From positions 1 to 13,293 of the forward strand of contig JARRRI010000048.1 of the NCBI GenBank assembly GCA_037380845.1: a DNA stretch of 13,293 nucleotides, in the 5' to 3' direction. This document shows positions 7,212 to 13,293 of the stretch, piece after piece. Under the pieces are notes generated by a model. The model saw nothing but the letters and a program-made list of their open reading frames with translations, was not told where the DNA came from and did not search any database. This stretch comes from Candidatus Sulfobium sp. (GTDB lineage Bacteria > Nitrospirota > Thermodesulfovibrionia > Thermodesulfovibrionales > UBA6898). The position numbers were made by a program, and so were the translations under genes. Position 1 is the first letter of the stretch. The number at the start of each line of letters is the position of its first letter.

Positions 7212-7979
7212 CTAAACTTCTGCCACCTCAAGGAGGATGAGGCTTACATTGTCGGCGGCCCCGGCCTCCAGTGTTTTCCTGAAAAGGCACTCTGCACCTT
7301 CCCTGATCCCCTTATGGTGGAGACATTCCGCCATATCCCGGCAGCCCAGGCTTTCCCACAGGCCGTCGCTGCATAGAAGAAACTTCTGACCTTTTACTGT
7401 TGTCATTTTTTCAAGAGAATAGCCGGGAGGACCGGTCTTTAAATCTCCGATAATAGCCGAAGTGATAATATTCTTCTGTGGGTGGGTCCTCATCTCCTCT
7501 TCGGTAATTGTCCCGCTGTCGACAAGTTCCTGTACTAAAGAGTCGTCCCTTGTAATCTTTCTGACAGAGCCGTTCGATTCATATACCCTGCTGTCACCGC
7601 AGTTAAGGAGGAACGCCTTCGAGTCGGAGAAAAAAATGCCGGCCACCGTGGTCCCCAATCCGAATATGCTCCCGTCTTTCATCACCATACGGTCCAGGCT
7701 TTCTTTCGCCAGCAGGACAAGGTCCCCGACCTGTTCAGCCGTCCGCAGGTCCTTGTATCCATCTTTAAAGACGGTGAGGACCCCGCTGCTCGCGACCTCA
7801 CCTTTTGCGTGTCCGCCCATCCCGTCGGCTACCATATAGACCAGCCTGTCGCCTTTGGACCTCACCGTCTCGACCTCCCTCATGTTGCCCGTGACAAGCG
7901 TCTCATTAATCAGGAGGCTGTCCTCGTTGTTCCTTCTGACCTTGCCGGTGTTTGTCACGTAACAGGCATTTATCAGCAT
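7212..7979 (-). CDS. PP2C/PrpC-type Ser/Thr protein phosphatase
   Basis: GKVRRNNED, VADGMGGH, GTT, NCGDSRVY, LLCSDGL and DNVS motifs. The start was moved from 8045 to ATG 7979 because family similarity begins there. Confidence 0.9.
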   Translation of the reverse strand: MLINACYVTNTGKVRRNNEDSLLINETLVTGNMREVETVRSKGDRLVYMVADGMGGHAKGEVASSGVLTVFKDGYKDLRTAEQVGDLVLLAKESLDRMVMKDGSIFGLGTTVAGIFFSDSKAFLLNCGDSRVYESNGSVRKITRDDSLVQELVDSGTITEEEMRTHPQKNIITSAIIGDLKTGPPGYSLEKMTTVKGQKFLLCSDGLWESLGCRDMAECLHHKGIREGAECLFRKTLEAGAADNVSLILLEVAEV

Positions 7980-8079
7980 TTCCGTGGAAAATGAGGATGC
8001 AGGAGTTCGGGTGCAGCTGAGAGGAGAATGCATCCGCCTCCCCACTGCGTAGTATTTGAAGATAGGGTGAAGTCCCGTT

Positions 8080-8361
8080 TCACTCGGGATTCAGCGCTTC
8101 CTTGAGTGCCTTGCCGACCTTGAAATAAAGGACCTTTTTGCCCGGTACGTCTACAGACTCACCCGTCTTGGGGTTCCTGGCCTTCCTCGGCTTCCTGGAC
8201 TTAAGACGGAAGTTGCCGAACCCCCTGATCTCTATCTTCTCTCCGTTCATCAGAGCCTTCTTGATGCTGTCGAAGACGGTATCGACGACGATCTCGGTCT
8301 GGTTCCTGGTCAAACCTTCCACCCTCTCAGAGACCTTTTCGATAAGAACAGATTTTGTCAT
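8080..8361 (-). CDS. ihfB: Integration host factor beta / HU-family DNA-binding protein
   Basis: MTKS...IEIRGFGNF...ARNPKTGE...YFKVGK. SD AAGGAGG. Canonical position after rpsA-sppA. Confidence 0.85.
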   Translation of the reverse strand: MTKSVLIEKVSERVEGLTRNQTEIVVDTVFDSIKKALMNGEKIEIRGFGNFRLKSRKPRKARNPKTGESVDVPGKKVLYFKVGKALKEALNPE

Positions 8362-8370
8362 GAATCCTCC

Positions 8371-9219
8371 TTACGGTGAATAGAGATATTTTATTTTTGC
8401 GGTCGGAAGGACATCGCTGAGTTCCCTGGGAAATTTGCCGCTGAGGAGATCGAAAAAAGAAAACCTGCCCGTCTTTTCCACCACCTGCGGCTCTCCGGAG
8501 ATGCCGGCAAGTCTGGCGGCCGTCCTGACTGCGTCTTCAAGTGATCCCAGCTGATCGACCAGGCCGATCTTCATGGCCTGTTCGCCGCTGAATATCCGTC
8601 CGTCGGCGATTTTCCTGACATCCTCCACCTTCATCTTCCGGCCTTTGGCAACGGCCCTGATGAACTGGTCATGGACATTATCCATCACTCCCTGCAGTAT
8701 CTTCCTTTCCTCTGGCTTCATCTTGCGGAAAGGCGTTCCTATGTCTTTGTTCTTTCCGCTCTTTATGATCACGGTCTTAACGCCGATCTTGTCCATAAGT
8801 CCTTCTACATTCGGTATTTCCATTATGACGCCTATCGAGCCGGTGAGGGTCCCGGGGTCGGCGACTATTCGCGTGGCAGGAGAGGCGACGTAATACCCTC
8901 CCGATGCGGCAATTGAGCCCATGGAAACAACCACCTTCTTCCTGGCGGCCGTTCTCCTTACTTCCTCATATATTTCCTGGGAGGGGGCCACGGCCCCTCC
9001 GGGGCTGTCGATCCTCAGGACAATAGCCTTGACTGAAGCGTCCCCGGCATATCCCTTGATCTCGTCGATCAGTTTCTTGGACCCCGTTATCGGTCCTTCA
9101 AGTCTGACGATGGCCACTTTGCTGCCCAGGGGCATGCTCTTCTGGAAAAGGGTCAGCACCAGGCTTGCTACGATGAGGACCAGGAAAACAATTGTTGCGA
9201 TCACGCACGCCTTCTTCAT
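8371..9219 (-). CDS. sppA: Signal peptide peptidase SppA, short form (S49)
   Basis: N-terminal TM anchor, LRIDSPGG, AASGGYY, TGSIGVI and IADGRIFSGEQA. Confidence 0.93.
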   Translation of the reverse strand: MKKACVIATIVFLVLIVASLVLTLFQKSMPLGSKVAIVRLEGPITGSKKLIDEIKGYAGDASVKAIVLRIDSPGGAVAPSQEIYEEVRRTAARKKVVVSMGSIAASGGYYVASPATRIVADPGTLTGSIGVIMEIPNVEGLMDKIGVKTVIIKSGKNKDIGTPFRKMKPEERKILQGVMDNVHDQFIRAVAKGRKMKVEDVRKIADGRIFSGEQAMKIGLVDQLGSLEDAVRTAARLAGISGEPQVVEKTGRFSFFDLLSGKFPRELSDVLPTAKIKYLYSP

Positions 9220-9222
9220 TCC

Positions 9223-10797
9223 TTATTCCTTTTGCAGGTTCTTCATGCTCAACCCGATCTTCCTTTCCTCCAGGTCGATCTTTATGATCCTGGCGGGTAT
9301 TGTGTCTCCTTCCCTGACAGGCTCCTCTTCTCCCGAAGGCTGGACGATTTCAGACGAATAGATGAGGCCTTCCACACCGCCTTCCAGTTCCACGAATATA
9401 CCGAAGTCGGTAATCCTGAGAACCTTTCCGGTCACCTCGTCTCCGAGTTTGAACATGGATGGTATTTTCCGGATCCACGGGTCCTCTTCCAGTTGTTTGA
9501 GCCCGAGGGCCATTTTCTCATGCTCCGGGTCGATGCTCAGTATGACCGCCTCGACTTTCTGTCCCCTCTTGAGTAATTCGGAAGGGTGGCGCACATGTTT
9601 CGTCCATGAAAGGTCGGATATGTGGATCAGCCCGTCAACTCCTTCGGGGAGTCCTACGAAGGCACCGAAGTCCGTAAGGCTCTTCACTTTGCCCGTGATC
9701 CTCTCCCCGACCTGGTAACGCTCGCTGATGACCTCCCAGGGACTCGGCTTCGTCTGCTTGATGCTGAGGGACAGTTTCCTTTCCTCCTTGTCCACCTTCA
9801 GGACAACGGCCTCCACGGTTTCGCCTATGGAAAGATATTTCGAAGGGTGCTTGGGCCTCGGTGCCCAGTCTATTTCGGAAATATGTACAAGACCCTCCAG
9901 CCCCTCTTCAAGTTCGATGAAGGCGCCGTAATCCGTTATGCTTACGACTTTGCCTTTCACCTTCTGACCCACGGGATATTTCTCGTAGACATCTGCCCAC
10001 GGGTCAGGACGCTTCTGCTTGTAACCCAGGGTTACCCTCTCGCTCTCTTCATCAAATTTCAGGACCATCACCTCTACCTGGTCCCCCACCGCGAAGAACT
10101 CGGACGGATGGTTTATTCTCCCCCAGGAGATGTCGGATATATGCAGGAGGCCGTCAATCCCTCCGAGGTCGATAAATACCCCGTAATCGGTTATGTTCTT
10201 GACAGTCCCTTCCAGAAGAGCACCTTCCTTGATGGTGCCGATGATTTCGCCTTTCTTTTTGTTCCTCTCTTCTTCCAGTATGGCCCTTCTGGAGACGATA
10301 ACATTAGAGCGCTTATTGTTGATCTTCAAGACCCTGAATGAGATCTTCTGGCCTATCAGGGCGTCCAGGTCTTTCGTGATCTTGATGTCCACCTGCGAGC
10401 CGGGAAGGAAGGCCTTCACCCCCGCGATATCGACCGTCAGTCCGCCCTTTGTTTTTTCCGTTATCGTCCCTTCCACCGGTCTTCCTTCCTGAAAAGCCTT
10501 TTCCAGGACTTCCCAGGTCTTTATTTTTGCCGCGCGGTCTTTGGATAGTTTGACGGCCCCCTCCGCGTCCCTTATATTTTCGACATAGACTTCTATCGGA
10601 TCGCCCGGCTTCAGTGCCTCCAGTTCATCAGGCGTGAATTCGTCAATCCGGACGAACCCCTCCGATTTGTAGCCGATGTCGACTATAACTCCGTCGGGCT
10701 TTATTGCGAGAACTTTCCCTGTGAGTATCGCTCCTTCCTTGATGCTGCGGAAAGTCTCGGCATAAAGCCTTTCCATTTCATTGTTTTTAATGTCCAT
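9223..10797 (-). CDS. rpsA: 30S ribosomal protein S1
   Basis: Six S1 repeats (e.g. ITDYGVFIDLGGIDGLLHISDISW), plus VDIGYKSEG and AFLPGSQVD. Confidence 0.97.
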   Translation of the reverse strand: MDIKNNEMERLYAETFRSIKEGAILTGKVLAIKPDGVIVDIGYKSEGFVRIDEFTPDELEALKPGDPIEVYVENIRDAEGAVKLSKDRAAKIKTWEVLEKAFQEGRPVEGTITEKTKGGLTVDIAGVKAFLPGSQVDIKITKDLDALIGQKISFRVLKINNKRSNVIVSRRAILEEERNKKKGEIIGTIKEGALLEGTVKNITDYGVFIDLGGIDGLLHISDISWGRINHPSEFFAVGDQVEVMVLKFDEESERVTLGYKQKRPDPWADVYEKYPVGQKVKGKVVSITDYGAFIELEEGLEGLVHISEIDWAPRPKHPSKYLSIGETVEAVVLKVDKEERKLSLSIKQTKPSPWEVISERYQVGERITGKVKSLTDFGAFVGLPEGVDGLIHISDLSWTKHVRHPSELLKRGQKVEAVILSIDPEHEKMALGLKQLEEDPWIRKIPSMFKLGDEVTGKVLRITDFGIFVELEGGVEGLIYSSEIVQPSGEEEPVREGDTIPARIIKIDLEERKIGLSMKNLQKE

Positions 10798-11644
10798 TAC
10801 GGGATTTCCCTCCTCTATCTCTAATTCTTATTTCTACTTCGCTTATAAGCCAGTCGGGCGTTGACGCCCCGGCGGTAATTCCGACTGCCCGCGATCCGTC
10901 GAACCAGGCATCTTCTATTTCACCGGCGGTCTCTATATGGAAGGTCTTTACCGATAAAGACCTGCACAAGTTTGCAAGCTGAGTGGTGTTCGCACTGTTT
11001 TTTCCGCCTACCACGACCATCACGTCGGTCTTTCGCGCCATATCACCCGTTTCTTTCAGCCTCAGCGCAGTGGAATTGCAGATCGTATTGTAAACCTTGA
11101 CTTCCCTGGCCCGCTCCACTACGCGGGAGAGGACTTTTTTCAGAGCCTCGATGGGCTGGGTGGTCTGAACTACTATCCCCACTTTCGACTTGTACCCCCG
11201 AAGCGGGATATCCTCGTTCACAACCAGCACGTCCTCGCCTGCAAAGCTCACAAGTCCTTTTACTTCCGGATGGTCCCTGTCGCCGAGGATCACGACCTGA
11301 TAACCCTTTTCGGCGAGATGCTTTGTGTAACGCTGAGCCTTTTTGACGAAGGGACAGGTCGCATCGATTATTTTAAAGCCATGTGCCGATATACTATCAT
11401 ATACCTGGGCGGGTATTCCATGTGTACGTATGATGAGCGCCTTGATGTCCTTTTTACCGATGTCCTCTATATCGATTGGCATTATACCCTCATCCCTGAG
11501 CTTTCCTATAACCTGCGGGTTGTGGATGATCGGACCGAGTGTGAATATCCCGGCCTTTTCCTTCCTGGCCATATTGAAGGTGATGTCGATCGCCCTCTTT
11601 ACGCCGAAACAGAAACCCGCTCTCTTGGCCTTGATTATCTCCAA
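10787..11644 (-). CDS. ispH: 4-hydroxy-3-methylbut-2-enyl diphosphate reductase
   Basis: Three Fe-S cysteines (GFCFGV, DATCPFV, TICNST), plus HPEV, QTT, GGKNSANT and TAGASTP. TTG start with upstream GGAGAGG. Confidence 0.96.
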   Translation of the reverse strand: MEIIKAKRAGFCFGVKRAIDITFNMARKEKAGIFTLGPIIHNPQVIGKLRDEGIMPIDIEDIGKKDIKALIIRTHGIPAQVYDSISAHGFKIIDATCPFVKKAQRYTKHLAEKGYQVVILGDRDHPEVKGLVSFAGEDVLVVNEDIPLRGYKSKVGIVVQTTQPIEALKKVLSRVVERAREVKVYNTICNSTALRLKETGDMARKTDVMVVVGGKNSANTTQLANLCRSLSVKTFHIETAGEIEDAWFDGSRAVGITAGASTPDWLISEVEIRIRDRGGKSRNGH

Positions 11645-11684
11645 TGCAGATCCTCTCCCCGCCCGGCTGTTAACGTCAATGTTA

Positions 11685-12335
11685 TCATGACCTTATGACT
11701 CCCATCATCTTCCTGAAGACTTCTTCAACGGGGATTCCGCTTGAGTCCAGGACATATGCGTCGGCGGCCTTCCGGAGCGGGGCGATATCGCGGCGGGAAT
11801 CCCTGGTGTCCCGCTCGGTTATGTCCATTCGGACCTGCTCTTCATCCACCGCAACGCCCATGGAATTCAGTTCGAGCGTCCGCCGCCGGGCCCGCTCCTC
11901 CGCGCTGGCGTCGAGATAGAATTTCCTGTAGGCGTCCGGGAAGACCACGGTCGTCATATCCCGTCCTTCAGCCACGAGGTCTCCGTGCAACGCCGCGTCT
12001 CTCTGAATATCCAGGAGATATCTGCGAACAGGTTCCTTCGCCGAGAATACCGATGCATAATGACTTACCTCATTGGAGCGTATTTCGTCCGAGACCTCTT
12101 CCCTGTTCAGCAGCACCGCCCCCTTGCTGAACTCGACATGTATGCGAGTGAGGGCATCGGCTATGTCCTTATCGGACGCGTCCTCCCGGACCCCGAACCT
12201 CAGAAGCTGGAGCGCGACGGCACGGTAAAGCGCACCGGTGTCGAGGTATTCGAACCCCATTTCTTTCGAAATGAGCTTAGCAACTGTGCTTTTGCCGGCG
12301 CCCGAAGGTCCGTCTATCGCAACGACCCGTTTCAT
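11685..12335 (-). CDS. cmk: Cytidylate kinase
   Basis: AIDGPSGAGKST, LDTGALYR, EGRDMTTVVFPDA and RDTRDSRR..APL. Confidence 0.96.
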   Translation of the reverse strand: MKRVVAIDGPSGAGKSTVAKLISKEMGFEYLDTGALYRAVALQLLRFGVREDASDKDIADALTRIHVEFSKGAVLLNREEVSDEIRSNEVSHYASVFSAKEPVRRYLLDIQRDAALHGDLVAEGRDMTTVVFPDAYRKFYLDASAEERARRRTLELNSMGVAVDEEQVRMDITERDTRDSRRDIAPLRKAADAYVLDSSGIPVEEVFRKMMGVIRS

Positions 12336-13293
12336 GCCGTCAGCCCTTTCATGATATCGAAGAAACCCGGGAATGAAATGTCCACCGCCCCGGCACCGTG
12401 TATGGTCGTGGTCCCTTCGGCGGCCAGGGCGGCGACGGCCAAAGACATGGCTATCCTGTGGTCTCCGTGGCTGCTCACTTCGGCCGCCCTCAGGGCATCG
12501 GAGCCCTTTATGGAAAGTCCGTCCGGGTATTCCTCTGTCACAACGCCCAACTTCCGCAGTTCGGACGCCATCGACTTTATTCTGTCGGACTCTTTAACGC
12601 GCAGTTCTTCGGCGCCCCTTATAGTTGTCGTACCGTCGGCGGAAGCCGCAGCCACGCAAAGGATGGGAAACTCGTCTATCAGGGCGGGTATGCTTTCCGC
12701 GGTCACCTCAACCGACCGCAGCCGGGACGCTCCCCTGCAATAGATATCGGCGACCGGTTCGCCTGAAACTTCGTGCACGTTTGTCATATCTATCGTCGCT
12801 CCCATTTTTCTCAGAACCTCCAGGAGGCCCGTGCGGGTCGGGTTTATGCCGACATTTCTCACCATCAACTCGGAGCCGGGAATGATCAGGGAAGCTGTTA
12901 TGAAGAAAGCAGCGGAAGAGAAATCGCCGGGCACCTCAACGTCGATCGGTGACAATTCCCTGCCTCCCTTAACTATAACCCTAAGCCCTTCAACTTTCAA
13001 GTCCGCCCCGTGGGAAGGCAGCATCCTCTCCGTATGGTCGCGGGACCTGGCCGGTTCGACAACCACTGTTTCACCATCCGCATACAGGCCGGCCAGCAGG
13101 AGGGACGATTTCACCTGCGCACTCGCCACGGGCATGGCATAAGTAACAGCCTTCAGTTCGCCGCCCTTTATGGCGATGGGCGGATAACGGTTGTCCGATC
13201 TTGCCATCATCGCAGCCCCCATAAGACCCAGGGGCTGTATGACCCTGGCCATCGGCCGTGTGCGCAGCGAATCGTCCCCGGTAAGCACAGAAA
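12332..13293 (-). CDS. aroA: 3-phosphoshikimate 1-carboxyvinyltransferase (5' end outside the window)
   Basis: GDDSLRTRPM, ASAQVKS, SRDHTE, PGDFSSAAFF, ELRVKESDR and DHRIAM. ATGA overlap with cmk. Confidence 0.97.
   Translation of the reverse strand, partial: SVLTGDDSLRTRPMARVIQPLGLMGAAMMARSDNRYPPIAIKGGELKAVTYAMPVASAQVKSSLLLAGLYADGETVVVEPARSRDHTERMLPSHGADLKVEGLRVIVKGGRELSPIDVEVPGDFSSAAFFITASLIIPGSELMVRNVGINPTRTGLLEVLRKMGATIDMTNVHEVSGEPVADIYCRGASRLRSVEVTAESIPALIDEFPILCVAAASADGTTTIRGAEELRVKESDRIKSMASELRKLGVVTEEYPDGLSIKGSDALRAAEVSSHGDHRIAMSLAVAALAAEGTTTIHGAGAVDISFPGFFDIMKGLTA

Noticed and set aside
7980..8045. 22-aa N-terminal extension of the phosphatase in the ORF track
   Set aside because: No PP2C similarity; ATG 7979 fits the family start.
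9223..10797. Internal repeats in rpsA and long antisense ORFs (e.g. 9622-10341)
   Set aside because: Ordinary S1 domain repeats and codon-bias shadow frames, not an array.
11645..11684. TTGACG in the cmk-ispH gap as a promoter
   Set aside because: No -10 hexamer at a suitable spacing.
11985..12743. 252-aa plus-strand ORF
   Set aside because: Antisense to cmk and aroA, with no motifs.

Overview
Bacterial chromosomal window, moderately GC-rich. Gene order and protein style suggest Nitrospirota or Desulfobacterota; this is inference only. The right half is a minus-strand housekeeping operon, aroA(partial)-cmk-ispH-rpsA-sppA-ihfB, followed by a PP2C-type Ser/Thr phosphatase and a ModF-like double ABC ATPase. 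The middle has three plus-strand genes: an M28 zinc peptidase, a PAS-PAS protein ending in a small CxxC...HGICPxC module instead of a kinase, and an EndoQ-family PHP nuclease. The left has an internally deleted NupC/CNT nucleoside transporter and an atypical SDR. The best signal absent from the ORF track is a complete c-di-GMP-I (GEMM-I) riboswitch aptamer on the minus strand at about 5-100. It has a Geobacter/cGAMP-like scaffold but G at the specificity position, and it sits just downstream of a near-consensus sigma70 promoter; the gene it controls lies beyond the left edge. Also seen: two apparently leaderless genes and a 19-codon uORF with a sequestered Shine-Dalgarno ahead of the nupC remnant. 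No CRISPR array, tRNA, rRNA or intact mobile element is visible. I cannot support a wholly new multi-gene system here.
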